A stretch of 64,000 nucleotides of DNA from Eledone cirrhosa (GCA_964016885.1 OZ024756.1:26970001-27034000); one strand, 5' to 3'; positions 1 to 14,814 are shown, counted from the stretch's first letter. The notes: generated from the sequence alone by a model not told the origin. Numbers and translations are program-made.

Positions 1-112
1 CCCCAGTAGACAACTGACGAGGAAAACTCCCCCCCCCCTCGTTCCCACTGCATTTTAATTACCTTAAATAGCAACTACACAGCCATTTCTATTCCCTTTC
101 TATATATACACA

Positions 113-148
<36 letters not shown>

Positions 149-151
<3 letters not shown>

Positions 152-389
152 AATCCACAAAGTCTTATTAGGATCACGCGTAGGAAGAAGTAGAAGTAGA
201 AGAAGGTTCGGCGCTTCGGACGGAAGTCTTTCGTCAGGAAATGGAGAGTTCGGATATATATACATATATATATATATAGCGAGGGAAAAGTGGTAAGGAA
301 CCAGGTGGACCAAAACGCACCAAAGTACTCAATTCTGTACAGAATTAGCCGTCGAAACGGCTTGAGCTCAGCCGTCGGGGTCTTACTTA

Positions 390-463
<74 letters not shown>

Positions 464-566
464 AAATCCACAAAGTCTTATTAGGATTACGCGTAGGAAG
501 AAGTAGAAGTAGAAGAAGGTTCGGCGCTTCGGACGGAAGTCTTTCGTCAGGAAATGGAGAGTTCGG

Positions 567-568
<2 letters not shown>
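149..568 (-). mobile_element. Two direct copies (149-255, 462-568) of a (TA)n-embedded element end with a degenerate hammerhead-like core; Penelope-like candidate
   Basis: Near-identical ~105 bp copies flanked by (TA)n. Minus strand reads CTGACGA-aagac-ttcc-gtcc-GAAG, with GAAG in place of GAAA. Confidence 0.5.
280..393. mobile_element. Family A (TA)n-embedded element, internally deleted/inverted copy
   Basis: gtggtaaggaaccaggtggacc...gtactcaat joined to cagaattagccgtcgaaacggcttgagctcagccgtcgggg, matching about 10 other copies in the window. Confidence 0.8.
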
Positions 569-654
<86 letters not shown>

Positions 655-670
655 ATAATAATAAATTTTA

Positions 671-726
<56 letters not shown>

Positions 727-742
727 ATAATAATAAATTTTA

Positions 743-806
<64 letters not shown>

Positions 807-1199
807 AACATACATATATATGTATGTATGTATATTCATTTATTTTTTACATTTAAATTAGATATGAAATTAAGAATTATAGACCTGAATTTGGGTGGCG
901 GATGAATGACTGGGTGGGTGGATAAATCTGTGGTAAAATTGGTGGAGCGTGGGAAAAGATAGCTCGTTATTGGTTGTGATTCAATTTCTGGGTTCAAACC
1001 ACATCCAAGCCTCTATTTTTGCCTTTAGTTCTTCTGAAGTCGACTAAGTACAGTGAAGTACTAAAGATGATTTAACCAGATTTACTCTTGAAAGACGGTA
1101 ATTTAGTTTAATCACACTCTGGTGACTAAAGTTAGTGAAATAAGTGTTGTTGGTCATTAGAGAATTGTTGACGAGCTCTTGGTGGGAAATGTGACTGCT

Positions 1200-2085
1200 A
1201 TTGTTGCTGTTGTTGTTGTTGTTGTTGTTGGTGGTGGTAGTGGTGTTGTTGGTGTCGCTGTTGTTGGTAGTGGTGTTGTTGGTGTCGGTGTTGTTGTTGG
1301 TGTTGCTGTTGCTGTTGTTGTTGGTGGTGGTGGTAGTGGTATTGGTGTCGGTGGTGTTGGTAGTGGTGTTGTTGGTGTCGGTGTTGTTGTTGGTGTTGCT
1401 GTTGCTGTTGTTGTTGTTGTTGGTGGTGGTGGTAGTGGTGTTGGTGGTGGTAGTGGTGTTGGTAGTGGTGTTGTTGGTGTCGGTGTTGTTGTTGTTGTTG
1501 TTGGTGGTGGTAGTGGTGTTGGTGGTGGTAGTGGTGTTGGTAGTGGTGTTGTTGGTGTTGCTGTTGCTGTTGTTGTTGTTGTTGGTGGTGGTGGTAGTGG
1601 TGTTGGTGGTGGTAGTGGTGTTGGTAGTGGTGTTGTTGGTGTCGGTGTTGTTGTTGTTGTTGTTGGTGGTGGTAGTGGTGTTGGTGGTGGTAGTGGTGTT
1701 GGTAGTGGTGTTGTTGGTGTCGGTGTTGTTGTTGGTGTTGACGTTGCTGTTGTTGTTGTTGTTGTTGGTGGTGGTAGTGGTGTTGGTGGTGGTAGTGGTG
1801 TTGTTGGTGGTGTTGTTGTTGTTGTTGTTGGTGGTGGTGTTGTTAGTAGTGGTGTTGGTGGGAGTGTTGTTGTTGTGTTGTTGTTGTTGGTGGTAGTGGT
1901 GTTGTTGTGTTGTTGATGTTGGTGGTAGTGGTGTTGGTGGTAGTGGTGTTGGTGGTAGTGGTGTTGTTGGAAGTGATGGTGTTGGTCTTGGTGTTATGTT
2001 GTTGTTGTTGTTGGTAGTAGAGGTGTTGGTGGTGTTGGTGTTGGTGGTGTTGGTGGTAGTGGTGTTGGTGGTAGTAGAAGTGATG
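1200..2085. repeat. Degenerate (GGT/GTT)n trinucleotide low-complexity tract
   Basis: Directly visible; the poly-V/G/L ORFs are by-products. Confidence 0.9.
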
Positions 2086-2361
2086 TTAAATTAACATTAA
2101 CCCAGTTTCACGTCCGTAATTAATCTTTGAAACTCATCAAACAAGAAAAGTAATTAATTTTTGTATATTTTTAATAAGTTAATACAGAAAATAATCATCA
2201 TTGCACTCCCTCCTCCCACTCCGCTCTCTCCCTCACCCTTTCCCTCACTCCTTCCTTCACTCACTCTCTCATTCCTTCCTTCACTCCTTCCCCCCTCCCT
2301 CTCTCTCTCCTTCTATTTCTCCCTCTCTCTTTCCTGTCGTTCCACTTCTCTGTTTAAATGA

Positions 2362-3015
2362 ATGTGTGTGTATGTATGTATGTTTGTGAGTGACGCGAGT
2401 ATGTGTGAGTGTATGTGTGTAAGTGTATGTGTGTATGTCTGTGTGTCTATGTATGTATGTGCGTGTGTGTATGTGTATGTGTGTATGTGTGTGTATGTAT
2501 ATGTATGTTTGTATGTATGTGTGTGTGTTTGAGTGTGTGCGAGTATATGCGTGTGTGTGTGTGTGTGTGTGTGTGTGAGTGTGGCTATGTGTATGTGTCT
2601 CTGTGTGTGTGTATATATGTATGTAAGTATGTATGTATGCATGCATGTGTATGTCTGTATGTGTGTGTGTGAGAGTGTGGCTATGTGTGTATGTGCGTGT
2701 GTGTGTATGTGTGTGTATGTATACGTGTCTGTATGTGTGTCTACGTATATGCATGTATGTTCGTATGTGTGTATGTATGTGTGTGTGTGTGTATGTTTAC
2801 ATGTGGCGTTGAGTTTTCTTAATGAATAACTTTAGAGTTTGTATGTTCGCACATGTGGTTTTAGCTTGAGACCACTGCATAACATATATTAATGTATACA
2901 TACATACATATATTCATATACACATACATATATACATACATATATACATATATACCTCCATACATATATACAATCATACATACATAAATACATACATACA
3001 AATACACAGAGATAC
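2362..3015. repeat. (GT)n/(GTAT)n/(CATA)n microsatellite complex
   Basis: Directly visible. Confidence 0.9.
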
Positions 3016-3017
3016 AT

Positions 3018-3540
3018 GATGGCTGCAAACTGTTAAGAGTATTGCATTCGCTTGTCAGATTACAGAAAATAGTGCACTTTTAGGCTACGGCCAGCTACAC
3101 GAACCTGTAACAGATCCTGAACAAGCAATGCCTGTGCTTTGAAGGTTTTTTAAGTGGGGAAAGGCCTTGCACTCGACCAATCCCACTCTCTGAGCATCGA
3201 AAAAACTACCCGAAAAGGAGAACTGGTCAACATCATCGGATGCTTCCGAAGCCGCAGGTTTTTCTTTTTCAGAGTTTCCCCTCTTCTAGAAAGATGTGAC
3301 AACTGGGGGGGCCTTTCACTCCCAGGTGGAAAAAAAAAGGTACTATTTGAATGGCCGTTGACTCTACTGAATTCCTCCGCCCTTTGTCGGATCTTGTATT
3401 TCATCCCGCAGTGTCCAAATATCACCCTCCTCACCAAGCGAACTTGGTAGGGTTGCCAGTTTAGTCACTGACGACCCGGCCATGAGACAGATTGTACTGG
3501 GTTGCATGTTACCAGTAGCACCGGAGAGCGACCTGACCAT
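3018..3540 (-). mobile_element. Interior fragment of the element whose hammerhead-bearing end lies at 4071-4288
   Basis: 3018-3104 is a diverged direct repeat of 4200-4288, which abuts the hammerhead at 4161-4198. Higher GC content than the flanks. Confidence 0.5.
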
Positions 3541-3554
3541 TACATATATATTTA

Positions 3555-3603
<49 letters not shown>

Positions 3604-3626
3604 TGTAAACTTTTGCGGGGCAGCAC

Positions 3627-3678
<52 letters not shown>

Positions 3679-3684
3679 TGTTGG

Positions 3685-3919
3685 ACTTACGATCATAATG
3701 TCGTGGGTTCGATTCCTGGGCTGCGTGTTGTGTTCTTGAGCAAAACACTTCATTTCACATTGCTCCAGTATACTCAGCTGGAAATGAGTACCAGCAATAG
3801 CTGGAGGGTTTAACCCTGCGATGGACTGGCGTCCTGTCCAGGGGGGGGGGGGTCTTGTACTCTCAATCGCTTCACGCCTTGAAACCGGGATAAGCACCGA
3901 CCAAATGAGCCTTCTTAGA

Positions 3920-3920
<1 letters not shown>
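3685..3920 (+). mobile_element. tRNA-derived CORE-type SINE
   Basis: B box ggttcgattcc, CORE-like gtgttcttgagcaaaacacttcatttcacattgctccag, and aaccctgcgatggactggcgtcctgtccagggg body. Confidence 0.8.
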
Positions 3921-3999
<79 letters not shown>

Positions 4000-4160
4000 C
4001 TCTTTTACCTGTTTCAGCCATCCGGCTGAGGCCATGCTGGGGCACCGCCCTATATATATATATATATATAATGGAAAACATTTTTTGAACAGGGACAAAA
4101 CAGAGAGGCAGTACAATAAATGTTTATTAATTTCACGCTCAGGAGAGTGGGGGGTAAGTG

Positions 4161-4198
4161 GGGGACGACGTTTCGGGCATAAGCCCTTCCTCAGGTGA
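4161..4198 (-). ncRNA. Minimal hammerhead ribozyme motif (Penelope-type)
   Basis: Minus strand cacCTGAGGA-a-gggc-ttat-gccc-GAAAC-GTC, with AATAAA ~35 nt downstream and then (TA)n. Confidence 0.75.
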
Positions 4199-4501
4199 GA
4201 ATGGTTGCAACTCTGCTGAGAGTATTGCAATCGCTTGTCAGATTATAGAATTTGATGCACTTTTAGGCTACGGCCAGCCACACGAACACACATATATCAG
4301 CAGGTAGGCCACTCAGTTTCATGTATACAAGCGATCAATGGCCGGCTTTGACATAGTTAAATAACTAACAAATAGTTTTATCGCTCTACATGGATGAATA
4401 CAAGAAATGTAAATGTGAGCTTTTCGAATATTGATAATAATATTCGATTCGTTTGCAATTATGCATACAGCCTCTTTAAACCATGTAAGTAGAATCAGTG
4501 G

Positions 4502-4698
4502 GTCTGCTAATATGCAAATTAGGCGGATCAGCCAGTCTGCTAATATGCAAATCAGGCGCATCAGCCAGTCTGCTAATATGCAAATCAGGCGGATCAGCCA
4601 GTCTGCTAATATGCAAATCAGGCGGATCAGCCAGTCTGCTAATATGCAAATCAGGCGGATCAGCCAGTCTGCTAATATGCAAATCAGGCGGATCAGTC
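4502..4698. repeat. 33-bp tandem repeat x6, each copy containing ATGCAAAT
   Basis: Unit tctgctaatatgcaaatcaggcggatcagccag; octamers at 4512, 4545, 4578, 4611, 4644, 4677. Confidence 0.95.
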
Positions 4699-4820
4699 AC
4701 GACATGTTCCAGATAATATCATATATTTTCACTAGCTCTGACAGTTGTCAGGCAAGCAGTATACGGTACTGATGAAGACACATATGAGTGTTTGTGTATA
4801 AGTGTTTGTGTATGAGTGTT

Positions 4821-5051
<231 letters not shown>

Positions 5052-5584
5052 ATCTTTTTTGAAGCAGAAACCTGTCTGTATGCTAGTCTGCCAATGTGTG
5101 TGTGTGTGTGTGCTTTGGTATGAATTTCTCAATGTATAACTCTGAATGTGTTTATCTGTGATGTACCAGACATTAAAATAAGTATTTTTGTCAGTTTGTA
5201 TAGTGAAAGTTATTCAACGAGTGTATAATTAATACATATACATATAGAAGTTTTCTTTAACAAAGCATACATTTGTTTTTATCTCTGGGTCAACTAAAAG
5301 AAGATTTAGTGATGGAAGGAAATGGGTAAGAGTGGTTAGACATTTTTGTATATTTTCAACAAAAGCTGACGAAATTTTCTAAGCGTGCTTCCTAAAACAA
5401 ATGAGTTGTTTGTTGTTTTAACACAGGTGTCATATTGTTTCATCCCAGACAGTATAACACCTGTGTGGTTAAGTAGATCATTTGTAACCACGTAATTCAT
5501 ATATATAATCACGTGCTTCTGAGATTGCCTTACACGGTCCTTTGAGCTTGTGACTACAACCCATAGTTTTGAGTCGACTCAAGT

Positions 5585-5636
5585 CTTATCTGATGATCCC
5601 GTGATTCCACCACAGGCGAAGCTGCAGAGTAACAAG
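5585..5636 (+). ncRNA. Degenerate hammerhead-like motif
   Basis: cttatCTGATGA-stem II (ccgtg/cacagg)-GAAG-ctgcagagTA-acaag; downstream gtattgagtac motif shared with family A. Confidence 0.4.
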
Positions 5637-5819
5637 CCTCACTCGCCACTTAGCCAAAGTAAAGAATATTTAAACTCTACTTTGGTATTGAGTACTCTTC
5701 CTCGAGTCCACCAATATCACACACACGCACACACACACACGCACATATATATATATATGTGTGTGTGTGTATTTGAAAAGGGGGTAACGTGCTCCACAAA
5801 ACAGGTTATAGATTACTTT

Positions 5820-5906
<87 letters not shown>

Positions 5907-5908
<2 letters not shown>

Positions 5909-6100
5909 CGAAGGAAATGTGGTAAGGAACCAGCTGGACCATAACGCACCAAAGTACTCAATACTTAGGGTAGTAGAGTGGGTAATAGGAACAAGTAAGA
6001 CCCCGACGGCTGAGCTCAAGCCGTTTCGACGACTAATTCTGTACAGTACAGAATTAGCCGTCGAAACGGCTTGAGCTCAGCCGTCGGGGTCTTACTTGTT

Positions 6101-6103
<3 letters not shown>
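5907..6103. mobile_element. Family A tail-out palindromic insertion in (TA)n
   Basis: ~135 bp unit followed by an inverted ~60 bp partial copy; (TA)n on both sides. Confidence 0.85.
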
Positions 6104-6184
<81 letters not shown>

Positions 6185-6188
<4 letters not shown>

Positions 6189-6450
6189 AAAAGAAATTGA
6201 AAATATGCAATTGGAGTCTTTTAAGAATATTTATTGATTTACTTTGCCGGTTTCACAGTTCTTATGATTTTCAAAAGTACAATTGAGATGGAGGGTTTGT
6301 GTTTCTGTTGAGACAAACCACAACAGAAACACAAACCCTCCAACTCAATTGTACTTTTGAAAATCATAAGAACTGTGAAATCGGCAAAGTAAATCAATAA
6401 ATATTCTTAAAAGACTCCAATTGCATATTCTCAATTTTTTTTCCCTTATA
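6185..6450. mobile_element. Tail-out palindrome (~125 bp arms) of another (TA)n-associated family; related end at 54563-54645
   Basis: Arms are reverse complements around ~6315; each arm has GAAA(c/t)cggc followed by AATAAA. Confidence 0.75.
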
Positions 6451-7061
6451 CTTTCACCCGTGTGGGATATCTCTTTAAAAAAGAAAAATCATTTTCTTAT
6501 ATACATATATATATATATTTAAAAATAAAAGGAAAGCACAAACGGAAGACAATCCCTTCTTCAATTGTCTGCTGGAGATCACAGACATTTCAACGCATTA
6601 AAGACAATAAGTCTAACTCCAGTGCGTGAAAATATAATTGTAAATATAGAGTAATGTAAATGCTAAAGGGTTAAAGAATACCATTTTCTGCTCACCACAT
6701 CAAGTATTACATGCAGCAGGTACCTTCAGTAGGGAGATTTTCTTTCTCCAATGTAACTATACAAATTTCGCTTTTATATCTCCCTTGCCTAATTCCCACT
6801 TACTCCTCCTATACAAACCTTAAAGTTTGTTGTTTTAACAGTGTTTATTAACTTTCTCTCCTAACTAATATTTATCTATGTTAATGGGTACATTCCAATT
6901 AAATGTCTTTCAACCGTCTCACACACAGTCTGTGAGATGATGGTTTTAATCACGGCTTTTTTTTATTTTTAACGTTTTCTCTTTTCCATTTTTTTTCATT
7001 GATTTCTACTAGTTGTTGTTGGTGCTGTTTTTGTGGTTGCTGTTTTGTTGTTGTTGTTGGA

Positions 7062-7530
7062 TAGTCCTAGGTTAAGCCATAATGGACATGTGATCACAGT
7101 ATTTCGACTATGATATAATTTAGCCCTAGGTTATGTCTTAGTTGACATATAATCACAGTATTTCAGCCATGATATAGTTTAGCCCTAGATCAAATATTAA
7201 TTAACATGTGATCACAGTATTTCAGCCATGATATAGTTTAGCCCTAGGTTAAACCTTAGTTGGCATGTGATCACATTATTTCGGCCATGATATAGTTTAG
7301 CCCTAGATCAAGTTTTTGTTGACATATGATCACAGTATTTCGGCCATGATATAGTTTAGCCCTAGATCAAATATTAATTAACATGTGATCACAGTATTTC
7401 AGCCATGATATAGTTTAGCCTTAAGTTAAACCTTAGTTGACATGTGATCACATTATTTCGGCCATGATATAGTTTAGCCCTAGCTCAAGTCTTAGTTAAC
7501 GTGATCACAGTATCTCGGTCATGATCAAAC
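7062..7530. repeat. 59-bp minisatellite x~8
   Basis: atcaca(g/t)tatttc motif recurs every 59 bp; one variant recurs at 177 bp, suggesting a trimeric higher order. Confidence 0.9.
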
Positions 7531-7721
7531 TAACTATTATCCAAGTCTATTGTTTTAATTATGTCCCCCCTTTTTGAGAGAGTAGACTGTACCGTGATAA
7601 TAGATAATTGTTGTTTTTACCAGGCTGTGACACTGTGTTCTTAATGTATCTTAATGTATCAAATGTGGAGACATCTGTTTCTTTTCTGCAAATATCTACA
7701 AATTTCATACTTGACGACCCA

Positions 7722-9114
<1,393 letters not shown>

Positions 9115-9278
9115 TTGTAAATATTTTACTATTTTCAGACTTCCCATCCTTTAATAAAGCATGTTAATAGAGCCACATAATGAAAACCCTTTGTTTCCTT
9201 ATAATAAATGAACTTGAAATTTAGGCGTGCCTGCATTTGTATCATTCTGTATCACTATATATTTTTCTCTATATTAAG

Positions 9279-9495
9279 GGTGGTGGATTGGCAGTATCGG
9301 TAGAGGGTCGGACGCCATACTTTGCAGCATAGAGTTACGGCTCTTTATGATCTGAGTTCAAATGCCGCCGAGGTTAACTTTGCCTTTCATCCTTACGGGG
9401 TCGATAAAATAAAGTACCAGTCACGCACTGGGGTCGATTTAATTGACTTTCCTCTCCCCCAAAATTGCTGGCCTTGTGCCTATATAAGAAACCAC
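9279..9495 (+). mobile_element. tRNA-derived SINE (main family of this window)
   Basis: A box tggcagtatcgg, B box gagttcaaatgcc, body gcctttcatccttacggggtcgataaaataaagtaccag; more than 10 copies in the window. Confidence 0.85.
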
Positions 9496-9683
9496 TATAT
9501 ATTTTTCTCTATAGTTTAGTTTTCTTCAAAGAATCCCCATTCTTTAAATCCGTCAACCAATGACCTACCCCTACCAACAGAAAATGTATAAATACCACCA
9601 TATCACATTGACAGTCGGCTTTCCTGATGTTTTCCTTCCAATGAAATAGTTCTAGTCTTGTAGAAGCCATTCCTATATGTATG

Positions 9684-9737
<54 letters not shown>

Positions 9738-9739
9738 TA

Positions 9740-10160
9740 TAGGAACGAGTAGGACCCCGATGGCTGAGCTCAAGCCGTTTCGACGGCTAATTCTGGACAG
9801 AATTAGGGTCCAGAATTAGCCGTCGAAACGGCTTGAGCTCAGCCGTCGGGGTCCTACTCGTTCCTATTACCCACTCTACTACCCTAAGTATTGAGTACTT
9901 TGGTGCGTTATGGTCCACCTGGTTCCTTACCACATTTCCTTCGTTATATATATATATATATATATATATAACGAAGGAGGTGTGGTAAAGAACCAGGTGG
10001 ACCATAACGCACCAGAGTACTCAATACTTAGAGTAGTAGAGTGGGTAATAGGAAAATGTTTAACCCCGACGGCAGAGCTCAAGCCGTTTCGATGGGTATT
10101 TCTGAGTCCAGAAATAGCCGTCGAAACGGCTTGAACTCTGCCGTCGAGGTTAAACATTTT

Positions 10161-10163
<3 letters not shown>
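9740..10163. mobile_element. Two adjacent family A palindromic insertions (9740-9945, 9969-10163) separated by (TA)n
   Basis: Both show the long arm plus inverted short arm and belong to two subfamilies. Confidence 0.85.
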
Positions 10164-10219
<56 letters not shown>

Positions 10220-10340
10220 AGTAAGGTTGCTTGGATGCGTCCATAGGCGGTATGCCAGTTGAGCACTCTATGCTTCTTCGGAGCAGAGTATAATAATATG
10301 GAAAACGAAGGATCAGTGATGCATCTGAACACAATTTATT

Positions 10341-10435
10341 AACGTATTACAACTGTTTCTCCGGCGAACAGCTCGGGGTGCGATCTATTTGTGGATCGAA
10401 CTTGACACTGGACCCACAAGTTCTTCAGATACGTC
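10341..10435 (-). ncRNA. Type I hammerhead ribozyme motif with extended stem II region
   Basis: acgtat-CTGAAGA...GAA-ACAGTTGT-A-atacgt; stem I pairs perfectly and AATAAA follows immediately. Homologue at 19329-19423. Confidence 0.7.
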
Positions 10436-10577
10436 TAGTGAATTCGAAGCAAATCCTCTGTCTGTTGGACTCCGACCCTTCGAATTTCTATCCTCTGCCA
10501 TCATCGTGTTTGCGCGGCCCGTCGATTGGTCAAGAGTTCGAGACGCAAACAGGATGATGGCAGATGATACAGGTATT

Positions 10578-10815
10578 GATACAGGTAATACGCTTCCATC
10601 TTCTTTCTCAAACTCACACCGAATCTTGTGGACAAAAGATCTTGCAACTTTCAGAAAACGAGAACTTTCTAAATCACCATACTTAGCCTTCAAAGACACA
10701 ATCACAGCATGCCTTTTCATTTGATTAGTAAGCATAGTTATTTTCATTGTAATTTTCTGAAATGGAAGTTCAATAAAAATTATGACTAAAAATACATGTG
10801 TCCTCAAATACCGTC
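10578..10815 (-). mobile_element. Tc1/mariner transposase N-terminal (HTH) fragment
   Basis: MKRHAVIVSLKAKYGDLESSRFLKVARSFVHKIR resembles a Tc1/IS630 HTH; truncated. Confidence 0.6.
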
Positions 10816-10894
10816 CTATAAATATATATATATGGTCTTTATTCTCTCTCGTTCACGATTTCACCGAACTTATATTCATGGAAATTTGGGACTT

Positions 10895-11030
10895 GTGATG
10901 CGTTATGTCCTTGGACAAGACGCTTTTGCTCCTTCTACCTGGAGTTGCGACCGATAGAGAGTATTAGCAATTAGAAAGATCAATGGAAACATCGTTTCCT
11001 CGGTCCGATTTGACAAAAAGTCGATCGACT
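10895..11030 (+). mobile_element. CORE-type SINE fragment (longer copy at 37335-37522)
   Basis: tgtccttggacaagac...cctggagttgcgaccgatag...cctcggtccga shared between the two copies. Confidence 0.65.
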
Positions 11031-11062
11031 GATATATATATATGTTACTCTTATTCTTGAAT

Positions 11063-11101
<39 letters not shown>

Positions 11102-11333
11102 TATATATGTGTGTATACATATGTGTATACATATGTATACACACACATACATAAATACACACGCACACGTATATATATATATAAACACACACATATATAT
11201 ATGTGTATACGCACACATACACACGCACACATAAATACACACGCACACGTATATATATATATATATAAACACACACATATATATGTGTGTATACACACAC
11301 ATACACACGCACACATAAATACACACGCACACG

Positions 11334-11368
<35 letters not shown>

Positions 11369-11570
11369 AACTATGTTTTTGTGTGCATGTAGAGAGTTTT
11401 ATTTTTTCAATGGTTATTATAATATTTGTATTATAATAACAACTCAATATATAAACACCGGAAAATCATGTATAGAATGCACCTGCATATATGATGTATA
11501 CACCTACATACCCTTATAGCTAAAGCATCACTGACTCCCTACCAAGTATATATATATATATACACATACG

Positions 11571-11685
<115 letters not shown>

Positions 11686-11769
11686 ATATGTATATGTACC
11701 AAAACTGCTCCCAACATCCCTATCACTACCGACTGGAGATACCCATCGACCATCGTCACCATTATTACA

Positions 11770-11780
11770 ACCCCACCACC

Positions 11781-11866
<86 letters not shown>

Positions 11867-12612
11867 CACTACTTCTACTACTAGCAACAATAGCAAAAAA
11901 AAACATCTCTATCTCTATTACAGCAGAATCAAGACTAACTCGAGCAACACAACTTCCACCACAAGAAACACCACCACCACCAACACCACCAACACCAACA
12001 CCACCACCACCAACACCACCACCACCAACACCAACACCACCACCACCAACACCACCACCACCAACACCAGCACCACCACCACCAACTCCAACACCACCAC
12101 CACCAACACCACCACCACCAACACCAACACCACCACCACCAACACCAACACCACCACCACCAACACCACCACCACCAACACCAACACCACCACCACCAAC
12201 ACCACCACCACCAACACCAGCACCACCACCACCAACACCAACACCACCACCACCAACACCACCACCACCACCACCAACACCACCAACACCAACACCACCA
12301 CCACCAACACCAACACCACCACCACCACCAACACCACCACCACCAACACCAGCACCACCAACACCACCACCACCACCACCACCAACACCACCACCACCAA
12401 CACCAGCACCACCAACACCACCACCACCAACACTATCACCACTAACATCACCACTACCATCATCACCACCGTCATTATCCCCAACACCATCACCACCACC
12501 GCCATTACCTCCACCACCATCACCGCCACCACCGCTACCACCACCACCACCACCGTCATTAACCCCCCACCACCATCATCATCACCAACATCACCAACAT
12601 CACCAACATCAC
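11770..12612. repeat. (ACT)n/(ACC/AAC)n trinucleotide low-complexity tract
   Basis: Directly visible. Confidence 0.9.
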
Positions 12613-12926
12613 CCGCGCTCTCGAGTTCCTTATCCCGGCCTAAATCTCCTATCCTATAGGTGCCCGCCCCCTCAGCAAGGAACCCCAGTCCTTCGCCCCT
12701 CTTGTCACCCGACTCTCCAGACACTTCACCGACCCCCTCACCATTGTTGTCTGCCCTTATTTGACTGATCTCTGCAGTTGTTGCTACCAAACACACACAC
12801 AACTCACTGAACATTTATCACAATGTAAAAAAAGACTCTAGTAACCATCTGGTGGTTTTTAGCATAAGTATTCTTGTTTTTATTTGAATGCTTGACAATG
12901 TTTTCTTATTAATATAGACCATATAA

Positions 12927-13160
12927 GGGCGGTGGATTGGCAGTATCGGTAGAGGGTCGGGCGCCATGCTTTGCGTGCACCTGCCACCAACACTCTGCGC
13001 CGCCTCATAATGCCATGATGACCCAAGAATGGATGAGTTAGTCTCCACTATCCCGCCCATCCCAAACGTATGGCCTCCTTACTCTCCAGACTTGAATCCA
13101 TTGCGGGATTTGAACTCAGGATCTTTATGATCTGAGTTCAAATCCTGCCGAGGTTAACTT
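12927..13160 (+). mobile_element. SINE interrupted by a Tc1 transposase catalytic-domain fragment (~12985-13102)
   Basis: SINE head and B box flank sequence encoding QHSAPPHNAMMTQEWM...VWPPYSPDLNPL, containing the Tc1 WPxxSPDLNP motif. Confidence 0.75.
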
Positions 13161-13273
13161 TGCCTTTCATCCTTTCATTAATCAGGTGAGTCTAAAAGCC
13201 GCTGATCGTTAAAAATTACGTCACTCGACCTTAATTAGTGTTTGCCTGATCAAATCATCAGAATACCTTATCC

Positions 13274-13304
<31 letters not shown>

Positions 13305-13308
13305 ATAA

Positions 13309-13352
<44 letters not shown>

Positions 13353-13422
13353 CATATATATATAATAGTGAAAGAGTGAAGAATAACATGGTCAACAGCA
13401 CAAAAAGGGTTTTATTTACAGT

Positions 13423-13527
13423 ATTAACAATTGTTTCATTGATTAGGTTGTCTAAAAATTGCTAATCACTTGAAGTTGTGTCACTCAATTTTAAATACAA
13501 TGTATGCCTAATCAAATCATCAGAATA
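13423..13527 (-). ncRNA. Type I hammerhead ribozyme motif
   Basis: tatt-CTGATGA-t-ttgattagg...cctaatcaa-t-GAA-ACAATTGT-T-aata: 9-bp stem II base, palindromic stem III, AATAAA downstream. Partial copy at ~13240-13265; element end inverted at 13915-13947. Confidence 0.8.
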
Positions 13528-13669
13528 ACTGATTAAAATTATACACGGCGTTTGTAATGTATTAGGAAAATTCAAATCACAACATCAGTAATAAAGAAAG
13601 AAAAAGAAAAAAGAAAAAAAGAAAAAGAGATAGAGAAAAATAAAAAAAGGAAAAAGCAAGAGAGAGAGA

Positions 13670-13820
13670 AAAAGAAAAAAGAAAAAAGAAAAAAGAAAAA
13701 AGAAAAAAGAAAAAAGAAAAAAGAAAAAAGAAAAAAGAAAAAAGAAAAAAGAAAAAAGAAAAAAGAAAAAAGAAAAGAGAAAAAAGAAAAAGGAAAAAGA
13801 AAAAAGAAAAAAGAAAAAAG
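13670..13820. repeat. (GAAAAAA)n purine tract
   Basis: Directly visible. Confidence 0.9.
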
Positions 13821-14082
13821 TTAAAAGAATAAATAAATAGTAATAAATAAGTTAGAATAAAGATGATAAAAAATAAGTAAAAAAATGTGTGAAAAAAAGT
13901 GAACATAATACGATTGTGACCATGTTATTCTTCACTCTTTCACTATTATTACTCCGAGAACTCACCACCTAAGGAAACCTCTTGATGAGTCAAACAATGC
14001 CGTACGTTAAAACTATCCACAATACGGAGTACTCACAACCTCTAACTGGATTACTTATTACGATAATTTGTTATCCCCCCCC

Positions 14083-14116
<34 letters not shown>

Positions 14117-14212
14117 ATAAATATATAAACACATATATAGTAGAGTGTCCTATTTTCCCAAGTATCGAGTGCTTTGTTGAATAAAGGTCTTACTAGTTTG
14201 AAACTGGTAAAA

Positions 14213-14653
<441 letters not shown>

Positions 14654-14669
14654 ATATATATATATATAT

Positions 14670-14761
<92 letters not shown>

Positions 14762-14814
14762 ATGTATTTTTATTTGTGTGTGTGTGTGTATGTATTTTCA
14801 CGCCCGTAAATATC

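Noticed and set aside
14-40. CTGACGA at the window start as a hammerhead
   Set aside because: No stem II-GAAA-stem III continuation is visible.
1179-1916. 245-aa and 231-aa V/G/L-rich ORFs
   Set aside because: Translations of a degenerate trinucleotide tract, with no splice or homology support.
11688-12659. 323-aa Thr/Asn mucin-like ORF
   Set aside because: Starts in (TA)n and consists of (ACC/ACT)n repeats; no signal peptide.
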